Shown here: positions 19,606-31,159 of the stretch, piece after piece
Numbering within the stretch: the first letter of the stretch is position 1
How the letters are laid out: every line of letters begins with the position of its first letter
NCBI GenBank assembly: GCA_963662585.1
Contig: OY759729.1
Location: forward strand, 3,232,031-3,296,030
Source: Candidatus Cloacimonadales bacterium
Lineage (GTDB): Bacteria; Cloacimonadota; Cloacimonadia; Cloacimonadales; JAFGVF01
Direction: 5' to 3'
DNA length: 64,000 bases
Notes under the pieces: model-generated
What the model was told of the DNA's origin: nothing
Database searches by the model: none
The model's input: only the letters and a program-made list of their open reading frames with translations
Position numbers and translations under genes: made by a program

Positions 19606-20859
19606 ATGCAAGTAGTAGATAAAATAATTATAAATGCTAATCAGTTGATTACTGTAGCAGGTGGCAATAGACCACGCGTAGGAAGAGAGATGTCTAATTT
19701 AGGTATCATTACAAATGGTGGAATTGCAATTAAGGATGGAATAATCGTGGCAGTTGATACCACTGATAATATTTTAGATAACTTCAGGCCTAGTGAGATT
19801 ATCGATGCAATGGATAAGGTTGTGATGCCTGGATTCGTTGATCCACATACTCACCCTATTTTTCTTAATACTCGTGAAAATGAGTTTGAAATGAGAATAG
19901 AAGGCAAGTCTTATGTAGATATTTCCTTAGCAGGTGGAGGAATTCGTTCTACTATTTCTACGACTAAAGATGCTCCTGAAGAGCTTCTATATGAATTAGC
20001 TCAAGAGAGAATTAAAAAGATGATTTCTTGTGGAACTACTACTTTAGAGGCTAAGTCAGGTTATGGCTTAGACACAGAGTCTGAATTAAAACAACTTAGA
20101 GTAATTAATAAGTTAAAAGAGAATGAGAAAATAGATATAGTTCCTACTTTTATGGGAGCTCATGAGTTCCCTGCAGAATACAAGGAGAATCACCGTGCTT
20201 ATCTTGATATCCTTATTAATGAAATGATTCCCCAAGTTGCTCAATCTGGTTTAGCTGAGTATTGTGATATCTTCACAGAAGATCATGTTTACTCTATCGC
20301 AGAATCACGCGAAGTGCTTCAATGTGCAAAGAGTCATGGACTGAAATTAAAGATGCATGCTGATGAAATAGTTGCAATTGGTGGTGCAGAATTAGCAGCT
20401 GAATTAGATTGCGTTTCTGCTGATCATTTAGGTGCAGCTTCAGACGCAGGTATCGCAGCATTAGCCAAGAAAGGAGTAATTGCTACTCTCTTGCCAGCAA
20501 CTATTTTCTCATTGAATTTGGCTACTTATGCTGATGCACGCAAGATGATAGAACTCAAAACACCTGTTGCTTTGGCTTCCGATTTTAATCCAGGAAGTTG
20601 CAATTGTGATAATATGCAGTTTGTTATCTCTTTAGCTTGTTTACAGATGAAAATGACGCCTGCCGAAGCAATAGTCGCGAGTACTATAAATGCAGCACAT
20701 GCTATTGGAATGGCTGATAAAGTTGGAAGTTTAGAAATTGGTAAATATGCCGATATATTGATTACTGATATGCCAAGTTATCAATATCTGCCTTACCATT
20801 TTGGTTCTAATAATATAAAAGAAGTATATAAAAAAGGTGAGTTAATTCACCAAAACTAG
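19606..20859 (+). CDS. hutI: Imidazolonepropionase
   Basis: PGFVDPHTHP, GGGI, EAKSGYGL, HADE, SADHL and ASDFNPG motifs. Confidence 0.96.
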   Translation: MQVVDKIIINANQLITVAGGNRPRVGREMSNLGIITNGGIAIKDGIIVAVDTTDNILDNFRPSEIIDAMDKVVMPGFVDPHTHPIFLNTRENEFEMRIEGKSYVDISLAGGGIRSTISTTKDAPEELLYELAQERIKKMISCGTTTLEAKSGYGLDTESELKQLRVINKLKENEKIDIVPTFMGAHEFPAEYKENHRAYLDILINEMIPQVAQSGLAEYCDIFTEDHVYSIAESREVLQCAKSHGLKLKMHADEIVAIGGAELAAELDCVSADHLGAASDAGIAALAKKGVIATLLPATIFSLNLATYADARKMIELKTPVALASDFNPGSCNCDNMQFVISLACLQMKMTPAEAIVASTINAAHAIGMADKVGSLEIGKYADILITDMPSYQYLPYHFGSNNIKEVYKKGELIHQN

Positions 20860-20867
20860 GAGATGAT

Positions 20868-22778
20868 TTGAGCTTAGTTCAAGTTAATGATGTGGGGATA
20901 TCCTTCGCAGGATTTAATCTTTTCAGTGGGATATCCTTCAATATAGATCAAGATAGTAGAATAGGATTGATAGGACGAAACGGTTGTGGTAAAACAACTT
21001 TGATGAAGATTATCAATAAAGAGATAGAAGCATCTACCGGCAGTACTAATTATGCTTCTACTACTAAAATTGCTTACTTAAAACAGGTAAATACCTTAGA
21101 TTTGTCTTCAACTCTTTATGAGTCTGTCTTAGAAAGCAGGAAAGATTTTATAAAAAAACAAAAAAGATTGCAGAAAGTACGCGAGAAACTTTCTCATGAC
21201 CATTCTGAAGAAAATTTGAATCTTCTATCTAAATTAGAAGAAGAGTTTTTTACTATTGGTGGTTATGATTATGAAACAAATATTAAGCTAATTCTCACTT
21301 CCTTAGGATTTGGAGAGGAATTTTGGAATAATAAAATTGAGAAATTCAGTGGGGGAGAACAGACTAGAATAGAATTAGCTAAGATATTACTTTCAGATTT
21401 TAATGTTCTCTTACTTGATGAACCTACTAACCATCTTGATTTACACATGATTAGCTGGTTAGAAGGGTATTTATCTAATCTGGGAATACCTTATATTATA
21501 ATTTCTCATGATAAAGAGTTTTTAAACAAAACAGTAAAGAAAATCTTTGAAATTGAAAATAAAGGAATTTCTACTTATGGTGGAAACTATTCATTTTATG
21601 AAGCAGAATCTGCTCTTCGTAAGGAACAACAAGAGAAAGCTTATCAACAGCAACAAAAACATATTGATACAACAATGGATTTTGTGAGGAGAAACATCGG
21701 ATCACAGAAAACTATCCAGGCTCGTTCCCGCTTAAAACAGTTAGATAAGTTGGAAAGAATTGATGCTGTTAGTAATGATAAAAGATTCAATCTGAACTTT
21801 GAATCATCAGCTAGAACAGGTAATGATGTCTTTGTCTTTGAAGAGGCTGAGCTAGGTTTCCCTTCACTTGTCTTGGCAAAAGATATTAACATTAGAGCTC
21901 AATACCAGGAAAGAATTGCTATTATAGGACGAAACGGTTGTGGTAAAACAACTTTGATTAAGGTCTTACTGCAAGAGGAAGCTTTGTTGAGAGGTAAATG
22001 CAAAATTGGAAGCAATATTAATATTGGTTATTTTGACCAATTCCATAGTAGCTTAGATCCTCAACTTACGCCTAAAGAAACAATCTGGCAAATGGTTCCA
22101 AATGAAACTATCGGTTATGTTTTGAAGTATCTAGCTCGTTATGGTTTTACTGGTGATGATGTTGAAAAGCAAATTAGCTACATGAGTGGTGGTGAAAAGG
22201 CTAGATTAAACCTAGCTGTATTAATTCATCAACAACCTAATGTTCTCTTGCTAGATGAACCTACTAACCATTTAGATATTATGATGGTAGATGATTTGAT
22301 ATCTTCCTTGCAAGATTATTCTGGTACCATTATCTTTGTTTCTCATGATCGTAACTTTATCTCTAAATTAGCAGATAAATTCTGGCTCTTCCAAAATAAG
22401 AAAATTATCGAAACTAAGGATGATTGGGTTAAAATACTTGATAGATTCTTGAATGATGATAATAAAAAGAAGAGTAATTCAGATGATAAGTCTGATAGAG
22501 TTAAAAATACTGATAGGAAAAAGAAAGTAAATCCCTATTTTATTGAGAAGTTAATGTCGCAAATAGAAGAGAAAGAAGATAGAATAGTAATGCTGGAAAA
22601 TGAAAAAGAAGATATTCAGGAAATATATAGTGATCAGTCTATCTATTCTGATAAGGATTATGTAAAGACCCTAAATAATAGGACTGAAGAGCTTGATACA
22701 ATGTTGGATCATGAGTATAATCAGCTTCAAATTTTGGAAGAAGAGTATTTGCTGTTAACTGAGAATGAGCTGGACTAG
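20868..22778 (+). CDS. ABC-F family ribosome-associated ATPase (Uup/YdiF-like)
   Basis: Two ABC domains (GRNGCGKTT x2, SGGE x2, LLLDEPTNHLD x2), no TM segments, C-terminal coiled coil; TTG start after GGAG. Confidence 0.93.
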   Translation: MSLVQVNDVGISFAGFNLFSGISFNIDQDSRIGLIGRNGCGKTTLMKIINKEIEASTGSTNYASTTKIAYLKQVNTLDLSSTLYESVLESRKDFIKKQKRLQKVREKLSHDHSEENLNLLSKLEEEFFTIGGYDYETNIKLILTSLGFGEEFWNNKIEKFSGGEQTRIELAKILLSDFNVLLLDEPTNHLDLHMISWLEGYLSNLGIPYIIISHDKEFLNKTVKKIFEIENKGISTYGGNYSFYEAESALRKEQQEKAYQQQQKHIDTTMDFVRRNIGSQKTIQARSRLKQLDKLERIDAVSNDKRFNLNFESSARTGNDVFVFEEAELGFPSLVLAKDINIRAQYQERIAIIGRNGCGKTTLIKVLLQEEALLRGKCKIGSNINIGYFDQFHSSLDPQLTPKETIWQMVPNETIGYVLKYLARYGFTGDDVEKQISYMSGGEKARLNLAVLIHQQPNVLLLDEPTNHLDIMMVDDLISSLQDYSGTIIFVSHDRNFISKLADKFWLFQNKKIIETKDDWVKILDRFLNDDNKKKSNSDDKSDRVKNTDRKKKVNPYFIEKLMSQIEEKEDRIVMLENEKEDIQEIYSDQSIYSDKDYVKTLNNRTEELDTMLDHEYNQLQILEEEYLLLTENELD

Positions 22779-22852
22779 AAAAAGTATTTAACTTGTCTAA
22801 GAATAGACTGATAAATGAATAAAAACCTAATCTTAACAAAGTAGGAGAGAAA

Positions 22853-23572
22853 ATGAAACATTTAGATATTATTATCTTATTAGGAAGACCTGCTTCTGGT
22901 AAATCTGAAATTATTGATTTTATTAAGAGAAGAAAACTTGTTGATAGAATAGAGAATTATCATATAGCTAACATTAAAGAGATGGATGATTTTCCTATGT
23001 TGTGGACTTGGTTTGAAGAAGACCATATCAGGGAAAATGTTCTAAAGGTAGAGAGAATTCACTCTACTAATGATGGTTACTTTTTACATAACTATCAATG
23101 GAATCTACTTATCGAAAGATTTAATCTTGAATATGATAAATTATTGACTGAAGATGCTAATATTTTTGCTGAGAATACTCTCTTAATAGAATTCTCTAGA
23201 GGTAGTGAACATGGAGGCTATAAATCAGCTTTTAAACATCTTAGTTCTAATATTCTTAAAAGAGCTGCTATCTTCTATGTTGATGTTCCTTGGGAAGAAT
23301 CTCTACGAAAAAATAGACGCAGATTTAATCCTGATAAACCACATTCTATCCTAGAACACGGACTTCCTGATGATAAACTCAAGAGATTATATCAAGAAGT
23401 TGATTGGGAAGACTTTATATCAGGGAGCAATGATTATCTAACTATAAATAATATCAAAGTTCCTTTTGTTGTTTTAAATAATATGCCTGAAGTTACTAAT
23501 AGTGACGAGAAAATGGAAGTAGCTCTTAAAGAACATTTCTCACACTTATGGAGATTGTACCAAGCAAAATAG
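22853..23572 (+). CDS. Uncharacterised P-loop protein with an NMP-kinase-like fold
   Basis: N-terminal LLGRPASGKS Walker A, LIEFSRG, and a lid-like RKNRRR segment. Confidence 0.7.
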   Translation: MKHLDIIILLGRPASGKSEIIDFIKRRKLVDRIENYHIANIKEMDDFPMLWTWFEEDHIRENVLKVERIHSTNDGYFLHNYQWNLLIERFNLEYDKLLTEDANIFAENTLLIEFSRGSEHGGYKSAFKHLSSNILKRAAIFYVDVPWEESLRKNRRRFNPDKPHSILEHGLPDDKLKRLYQEVDWEDFISGSNDYLTINNIKVPFVVLNNMPEVTNSDEKMEVALKEHFSHLWRLYQAK

Positions 23573-25906
23573 ATGCTAAATTATAAGATATCAGTAAAGG
23601 ATTTAATAGCTTTCTATTATTGCGAAGGCTCTATATCTTCAACATTTTTAGGGAAGTCCCGAGCTTTACTTGGGACTTCTATTCATAAAAAGCTACAAGA
23701 CTCTAGGCCTGATAATTATATCAAAGAATTGTTCTTGCAAGATATTATTACTTCCGATACATTTACTTTAAAGATTTCTGGACGAGCTGATGGACTTTAT
23801 CAACCCCTTAATAAAGAGTTAGCTATTGTTGAGGAAATCAAATCTACTTATCTTGATTTAGAGCATTTAAAAGAGAATCCTAGTAAATACCATCTCGCTC
23901 AGGTTATGGTCTATTGCTACCTCTATTTAAGAGATGTGGAAGCTACTGAAATACAAGCACACCTTACTTATTATAACCTAAAAACTAAAGAGCAACTTAT
24001 AATTAAGAAAGAATATTCACAAGATAGTTTAGAATTTTTCTATAATCAACTGAAAGAAAAGTATATAGCCTGGATAAAAGCACTTTCTGATGCTGAATTA
24101 CTTCGCAACTCTTCTCTGCTTGATTTAGCATTTCCTTTCCAAGATTTACGCGAAGGTCAAAGGAAAATGATGGTAGGAGTATATAAGAGTATTGAGAAAT
24201 CTTCTGCTATCAGAATCCAAGCTCCTACGGGAATTGGTAAAACTATGGCAGTCATCTATCCTGCCCTAAAAACTCTTGCCACAGGCTTAAATAAGAAACT
24301 CTTCTACCTAACTACTAAAGGCACTATTGCTGATGTAGCAGAGTATTCTTGTCGGCTTCTTATTAATCAAGGAGCAAAGTTTAGAGCAGTTTTCCTTTCA
24401 GCTAAGTCTAAAATATGCTTTAATCCTGAGAAAAGTTGTGATGGAAATGATTGTTTATACGCTAAAAATTATTATGATAAGTTAGATAAAATGAGATATG
24501 AAGTTTTTGAGCATAATCTCTTCACTAAGAATGTTATAGAGGAGATAGCTAGAAAATATGAAGTTTGTCCTTTTGAATTAGCTTTAGACTTTTCTTTATC
24601 CTGTGATTTAATTGTTGGTGATTGCAATTACTTCTTTGATGGTAAAGCAAAATTGCAAAGATATTTTACCGAAATAACAGAAGATTATACTCTCTTATGC
24701 GATGAAGCTCATAACCTTCCAGAGAGAGTCAGAAATAGCTATTCAGCAGATATTAACAGAGATAAGTTAGTTGAAATCAAGAAAGAAATTAACTCTGCTC
24801 CTAAAGAAATTAAGAATCTCGTCAGAGACTTGAACAAGCTGATGCTTGAAGATGAGAAGAAGCATGAATGGGGGGATTGGATAATTTCTGAGGTTGATTC
24901 TCAAGTCCTGCGAGCTGTTAATAAATATTTAGCACTAATGGATGCTTGGCTAGCACAAAACCCCAAATCTGACGCTAAAATAGCTCTCTTAGATTTATAC
25001 TTTTACTTCAATGACTTTCTCCGAATCTATAACAATATAGATAAGAATTTCGTTCTTTATATTCAAAAAACTAAAAGAATTCGTTATAAGATTTATTGCT
25101 TAGATCCTGCTCCGATCATTGGGGATTTAACATCTCAAGTGAGGAGTATTATCTATTTCTCTGCTACTCTAGAACCTGATGATTATTTTGCTTATCTGCT
25201 TAAAGCTAGTACAAAAGAGAATTATGCACTTACGCTAGATTCCCTATACCCTGCAGAAAATATGTGTGTGATTTATGATAGAATTATTGATACTACATAT
25301 AAATATAGAGACCAATATTATAGTCAAATTGCTGATAAGATAGCTCACACTGTGCAAGCTTATTCAGGTAATTATATAGTCTTTTTTCCTTCTTACAAAT
25401 ATCTTGAGAGTGTCTATGAATTAGCAAAAGATCAACTGTCAGAGAGTAAGCTAATTAAACAAGCTACTGAGCTAACTGCAGAAGATCGAAATATTATTCT
25501 TTCCAGCTTTGAGGGGAATAATATTGTCCTTTTTGCTGTATCAGGTGGCTTTTTTGCAGAAGGGATAGACCTGCAAGGTGATTTAGTTAAGGCGTGTATA
25601 ATAGTAGGTATTTCTCTTCCGATGGTAAGCTTTGAACGAAAACTTATTTCAGACTACTACGACCAAGAAGGTAAGAATGGTTTTGATTATGCCTATAAAT
25701 TTCCTGCTTTAACTAAAGTAATTCAAGCTGGAGGACGACTGATTAGGAGAGAAACTGATACTGGGGTCTTGCTTCTTTTAGATAAAAGATTTTTGCATCC
25801 TAACTACAAGAAGTACTTACCTGAGAATTGGTGGAGTAACTATGTCGCAACTGACAGTGAAGATATTACAAATGTAATTAATGATTGGAAAAAAAATCGT
25901 AAATAG
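23573..25906 (+). CDS. Rad3/XPD/DinG-family FeS DNA helicase with N-terminal PD-(D/E)xK nuclease domain
   Basis: GRADG...EEIKS...HLAQ nuclease motifs; APTGIGKT; four Cys (ICF..SC..DC...VCPFE); DEAHN, SATL, EGID and QAGGRLIR motifs. Confidence 0.9.
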   Translation: MLNYKISVKDLIAFYYCEGSISSTFLGKSRALLGTSIHKKLQDSRPDNYIKELFLQDIITSDTFTLKISGRADGLYQPLNKELAIVEEIKSTYLDLEHLKENPSKYHLAQVMVYCYLYLRDVEATEIQAHLTYYNLKTKEQLIIKKEYSQDSLEFFYNQLKEKYIAWIKALSDAELLRNSSLLDLAFPFQDLREGQRKMMVGVYKSIEKSSAIRIQAPTGIGKTMAVIYPALKTLATGLNKKLFYLTTKGTIADVAEYSCRLLINQGAKFRAVFLSAKSKICFNPEKSCDGNDCLYAKNYYDKLDKMRYEVFEHNLFTKNVIEEIARKYEVCPFELALDFSLSCDLIVGDCNYFFDGKAKLQRYFTEITEDYTLLCDEAHNLPERVRNSYSADINRDKLVEIKKEINSAPKEIKNLVRDLNKLMLEDEKKHEWGDWIISEVDSQVLRAVNKYLALMDAWLAQNPKSDAKIALLDLYFYFNDFLRIYNNIDKNFVLYIQKTKRIRYKIYCLDPAPIIGDLTSQVRSIIYFSATLEPDDYFAYLLKASTKENYALTLDSLYPAENMCVIYDRIIDTTYKYRDQYYSQIADKIAHTVQAYSGNYIVFFPSYKYLESVYELAKDQLSESKLIKQATELTAEDRNIILSSFEGNNIVLFAVSGGFFAEGIDLQGDLVKACIIVGISLPMVSFERKLISDYYDQEGKNGFDYAYKFPALTKVIQAGGRLIRRETDTGVLLLLDKRFLHPNYKKYLPENWWSNYVATDSEDITNVINDWKKNRK

Positions 25907-25970
25907 TGAGTTAATTCTTAACAGAATTTGTATAACATTGTTATAATTAAAAATTTAGGAGTGTTAAGTT

Positions 25971-26264
25971 GTGAGTTCTAATTTTATTTTGTTTGGATTT
26001 CGAAGTTTATTTATTATTCTTCTTATTGAAAACTATTATTTTAGGTTTAAGAATAAAAGCCTATATTCAAGATTCAAAGATACAGCATTTTGGCAGTTAT
26101 TACTAGGCTTTCTTTTGCTTAATAACAGTATTGATAATGCCAAAACAATATTGAGTATCATGCAGACATCGATTATTGTTTTATTTTGTATATTTCTAAT
26201 AGAATTAATTAAGATTCGCATGATTAAAAGAAAGAACAGTAAACAAACAGAAAATCCCAACTAA
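25971..26264 (+). CDS. Small hypothetical membrane protein
   Basis: AGGAG RBS before GTG; three hydrophobic segments; no recognised family. Confidence 0.55.
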   Translation: MSSNFILFGFRSLFIILLIENYYFRFKNKSLYSRFKDTAFWQLLLGFLLLNNSIDNAKTILSIMQTSIIVLFCIFLIELIKIRMIKRKNSKQTENPN

Positions 26265-26366
26265 TAATTCAATAAAAAAAGTTTTTCCTTTACAAAAACC
26301 ACCCCTTTGTATAAATGGATAGGACTTATATGAAATAAGTAGAAATAATAAAAATAGGAGGCTGAA

Positions 26367-26636
26367 ATGGCTTTAACAACAGAAGCTAAATTGGCTGTCA
26401 TGGCAGAGTATAAACTCCATGATTTAGATACTGGTTCACCTGAAGTGCAAATTGCGATTATGACTAAGAGAATTCAAGAATTAACTGAACATTTAAAAGT
26501 TCACAGAAAAGATTTCTCTTCAAGAAGAGGTCTTTTAGTTATCATCGGTAAAAGAAGAAGATTACTTAATTATTTAATTAAAATCGATGTTGAAAGATAT
26601 CGTACAATTATTAAAGCTTTAGGAATCAGAAAGTAG
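26367..26636 (+). CDS. rpsO: 30S ribosomal protein S15
   Basis: [10 protein letters not shown]...HLK.H.KD.SSRRGL motif; 89 aa. Confidence 0.98.
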   Translation: MALTTEAKLAVMAEYKLHDLDTGSPEVQIAIMTKRIQELTEHLKVHRKDFSSRRGLLVIIGKRRRLLNYLIKIDVERYRTIIKALGIRK

Positions 26637-26650
26637 TTTAAAAAGAACAA

Positions 26651-26681
26651 TAAAAGGGGATTTAAATCCCCTTTTATCTTT
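26651..26681 (+). terminator. Intrinsic terminator after rpsO
   Basis: Perfect palindrome TAAAAGGGGATTTAAATCCCCTTTTA followed by a T-rich tail. Confidence 0.8.
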
Positions 26682-26699
26682 AATAAGTACAAACAAGGA

Positions 26700-26769
26700 G
26701 ACCGGTTTAGGAGCAATACACTGAATATGTTTAGTTTAGATGTATTTAGTATATTGCTTTTCTCCGGTC
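26700..26769 (+). promoter_or_regulatory. Long stem-loop in the pnp leader, a probable RNase III autoregulatory site
   Basis: 26709-26733 pairs with 26737-26761 (24 of 25 positions, six G-U); closed by GACCGG/CCGGTC. Confidence 0.7.
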
Positions 26770-26793
26770 CAAAATAATGCAATAGGAGAAAAT

Positions 26794-29079
26794 ATGCATA
26801 ATTTTAATATTACTAAAAAGTCATTTGATTTAAATGGCTACACAATCACTGCTGAAACCGGAAAAATAGCTAGACAAGCTAACGGTTCAATTTTTATTTC
26901 CCAAGGCGATACTACCCTTTTAGTTACTGCAACTATGGGTAAAAAAGCTAATGAAGGTACTGACTTCTTCCCTCTAACTGTAGATTATGTAGAAAAGATG
27001 TATGCGGCTGGTAAAGTTCCTGGTGGATTCATCAAAAGAGAAGCTAGACCAAGTAATGATGCTACTTTAACTGCCCGTGTTATTGATAGAGCACTTAGAC
27101 CAATGTTTCCTGATGGATTCAGAAATCCTGTTCATGTAGTTGTTACTATTCTTGCTTATGATGCAATTAATAGTCCTGCTATGCTCGGTTTAATCGGTGC
27201 TTCTTTAGCATTAACAATTTCAGATATTCCTTTTAATGGTCCTATTGCTGGTGTTTCAGTTGGTTTCCTTGATGGAAAACCTGTAGTGAACCCTCCAGTT
27301 GATTTTCTTAATAATGAATCAGACTTACATTTAAGTTTAGCTGGTTCAGCTACTTCTATTTGTATGATAGAATCTTCAGCTAATGAACTCTCAGAAGATC
27401 AAATGGTAGAATCAGTATTTGCTGGATTAGAAAAAATCAAAGAGTTAGTTCAATGGCAGTTAGAATTTGCTAAAGATTGTTCAAAAGAAAAAAGTGAAAT
27501 AGTTTATGATGTTATTCCTGAAGATATCTTAAAAGATGTTGAGAGTAAATATCAAGATAAAGTTTCTGCAGCAGCAGTAATCAAAGGTAAACTAGCTCGA
27601 GATGAAGCTTTTGAAGCCGTAAAAGAAGAGTTGTTAGAAAATTATCTTAATGAACTTGGAGAAGAAGCTTTTGCTGAAAATGAAAGAAATTATAAAAATG
27701 CTTATGAAGAATTGATTAAAAAAAGCGTTAGACATGCTATTTTATATAAAAAACATCGTGTAGATGGTAGAGGCTTAGATGATATTAGAGCCATTTCTTG
27801 TGAAGTTGATACTCTCCCAAGAGTTCATGGATCTGCTTTATTTACTCGTGGAGAAACACAGTCTTTAGGTACTGTTACTTTAGCAGGTGCTGATTCTATG
27901 CAGATCGTTGATGGTCTTTCAGAAGAATATAAAAAAGATTTTTATCTCCATTACAACTTCCCTCCTTACAGTGTTGGTGAAGCTGGTTTTATGAGAGGTC
28001 CAGGTAGAAGAGAACTTGGTCATGGTAATTTAGCTGAGACAGCTCTAGCTCCTATTATTCCTTCTAAAGCAGATTTCCCTTATACAATAAGAGTTGTTTC
28101 AGATATTACAGAATCTAATGGTTCTTCTTCTCAAGCTACTATTTGTAGTGGTACTTTAGCCTTAATGGCTGCTGGTGTCCCTATTAAAGCACCTGTTGCA
28201 GGTATTGCTAATGGACTTATCATGGAAGGAAACGACTATGTAGTTCTAACTGATATTATGGGTTTAGAAGATCACTTAGGTGATATGGATTTCAAAGTAG
28301 CAGGTACTAGAGAAGGTATTACAGCTATGCAGATGGATATCAAAATTTCTGGTATCACAGAAGAAATTATGAAAGAAGCTCTTCAAAAAGCTAATGTAGC
28401 TAGACTCTACATTCTTGATAAAATGGAAGCATGTATTCCAGAACCAAGAAAAGATCTTAACGAATTTGCTCCAAGAATTGAATCTCTTCAAGTACCAGTG
28501 GATAAAATTGGTGAAGTTATTGGTCAAGGTGGTAAAACAATTAAGAGTATTATTGAGCAGACAGGTGTTGATATTAATATCGATGATGATGGTACTGTGA
28601 ATATTCTTAGTTCTGATAAAAAAGCTCTTGATAGTGCTAAGGCAATGATAAAAAATATCGTAGATATGCCAAAATATGGCGAAATCTATGAAGGTCTTGT
28701 ATCTAGAGTAGAAGGCTACGGTGTCTTTGTTAAAATCATGGGTGGCTTCAAAGAAGGTCTCTGTCATATTTCAAATATGCACACTGATAGAGTAGCTCAT
28801 CCAGAAGATATTTGTACTGTTGGTGATACTGTCTATGTAGAGTTAAAAGCAATTGAACAAGGTAAAATTAATCTCTCAATGAAAGGTATTCCTGGAAATC
28901 CAGAACACAAGCCAGACCCAAATAGACCTAAAGAAGAAGCTCGTAGTGGTGGCAGAAATGACCGCTATGATAATAACAGAGGTAGAGACAACCGTGGTGG
29001 TGGTCGTGATAACAGAAGCAGAGATAACAGAAGTAGAGATAGCAGACCTTCTCATAATAATAGAAATAATGATAACTAA
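26794..29079 (+). CDS. pnp: Polyribonucleotide nucleotidyltransferase
   Basis: FFPLTVDY, RVDGR, FTRGETQ, ESNGSSS and DMDFKVAGT motifs plus KH and S1 domains. ATG 26794 follows AGGAG (ORF track starts at 26740). Confidence 0.98.
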   Translation: MHNFNITKKSFDLNGYTITAETGKIARQANGSIFISQGDTTLLVTATMGKKANEGTDFFPLTVDYVEKMYAAGKVPGGFIKREARPSNDATLTARVIDRALRPMFPDGFRNPVHVVVTILAYDAINSPAMLGLIGASLALTISDIPFNGPIAGVSVGFLDGKPVVNPPVDFLNNESDLHLSLAGSATSICMIESSANELSEDQMVESVFAGLEKIKELVQWQLEFAKDCSKEKSEIVYDVIPEDILKDVESKYQDKVSAAAVIKGKLARDEAFEAVKEELLENYLNELGEEAFAENERNYKNAYEELIKKSVRHAILYKKHRVDGRGLDDIRAISCEVDTLPRVHGSALFTRGETQSLGTVTLAGADSMQIVDGLSEEYKKDFYLHYNFPPYSVGEAGFMRGPGRRELGHGNLAETALAPIIPSKADFPYTIRVVSDITESNGSSSQATICSGTLALMAAGVPIKAPVAGIANGLIMEGNDYVVLTDIMGLEDHLGDMDFKVAGTREGITAMQMDIKISGITEEIMKEALQKANVARLYILDKMEACIPEPRKDLNEFAPRIESLQVPVDKIGEVIGQGGKTIKSIIEQTGVDINIDDDGTVNILSSDKKALDSAKAMIKNIVDMPKYGEIYEGLVSRVEGYGVFVKIMGGFKEGLCHISNMHTDRVAHPEDICTVGDTVYVELKAIEQGKINLSMKGIPGNPEHKPDPNRPKEEARSGGRNDRYDNNRGRDNRGGGRDNRSRDNRSRDSRPSHNNRNNDN

Positions 29080-29090
29080 GGTATATATAA

Positions 29091-30497
<1,407 letters not shown>

Positions 30498-30532
30498 AGT
30501 AAAAGAAAAATACAAAAAGCAGTAATATTATT

Positions 30533-30571
30533 TAGGAAAAAATAGGGGGGAGCACTCCCCTCTATTTCCTA
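30533..30571 (+). terminator. Terminator-like hairpin between ahcY and upxY
   Basis: AAATAGGGGGGAG / CTCCCCTCTATTT inverted repeat with a weak U tail. Confidence 0.6.
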
Positions 30572-30599
30572 CATGAATATTAATGAGGTAATAGAATAG

Positions 30600-31154
30600 A
30601 TGGCAACGCATAAACCAGTTTTTGTTGATGAACTTTTTGGTACTTTAGAACTTGATCCCTCAGGTTCTCAGAAGTGGTTTGTCATAAAAACTAAACATCA
30701 AAGTGAGAAGAAATTAGCTCAATGGGCTAAAGATAACTCTATTGAATATTATCTACCCCAATATACCAAAACTTCAAAGTACCAATATCGAAAAGTTGAA
30801 ACAACTAAAGCTCTTTTTACAGGTTATATTTTTATCAAAATGAATTATGATCAGAAGTTAACAATGCTTCGTCCAGGCCTCATAGTAAGAATAATTCCGG
30901 TTAAACATCAAGAATTTCTTCTAGAAGAACTGCAAAGGTTCTACTTTATTAAAGAAAAAGGATATACCTTACTTCCAGCAAATATCTTAGAGAAAGGGAC
31001 TAAAGTTAAGGTAATGACTGGAGCATTAGCAGGTACTCTTGGCTTTGTTTTAGAAGGAGATAATCCAAACAAAATCATTATTACAGCAAACATCATAAAT
31101 CAAGCAGTAGAGGTTACTTTACAAAATGAAAATCTTCAAATAGTTGAGGAGTAA
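30600..31154 (+). CDS. NusG-paralog transcription antiterminator (UpxY/RfaH family)
   Basis: NGN domain (WFVIKTK..SEKK, YYLP, LFTGYIF) plus KOW domain (GTKVKVMTGALAG); precedes nucleotide-sugar genes. Confidence 0.88.
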   Translation: MATHKPVFVDELFGTLELDPSGSQKWFVIKTKHQSEKKLAQWAKDNSIEYYLPQYTKTSKYQYRKVETTKALFTGYIFIKMNYDQKLTMLRPGLIVRIIPVKHQEFLLEELQRFYFIKEKGYTLLPANILEKGTKVKVMTGALAGTLGFVLEGDNPNKIIITANIINQAVEVTLQNENLQIVEE

Positions 31155-31159
31155 AAACT

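Noticed and set aside
23573..25906. Cas4/CasDinG (type IV CRISPR) assignment
   Set aside because: No cas neighbours or array, and the nuclease domain lacks the Cas4 Cys cluster. It fits the widespread stand-alone nuclease-Rad3 helicase.
29080..29090. SAH/SAM riboswitch before ahcY
   Set aside because: The intergenic gap is only 11 bp.
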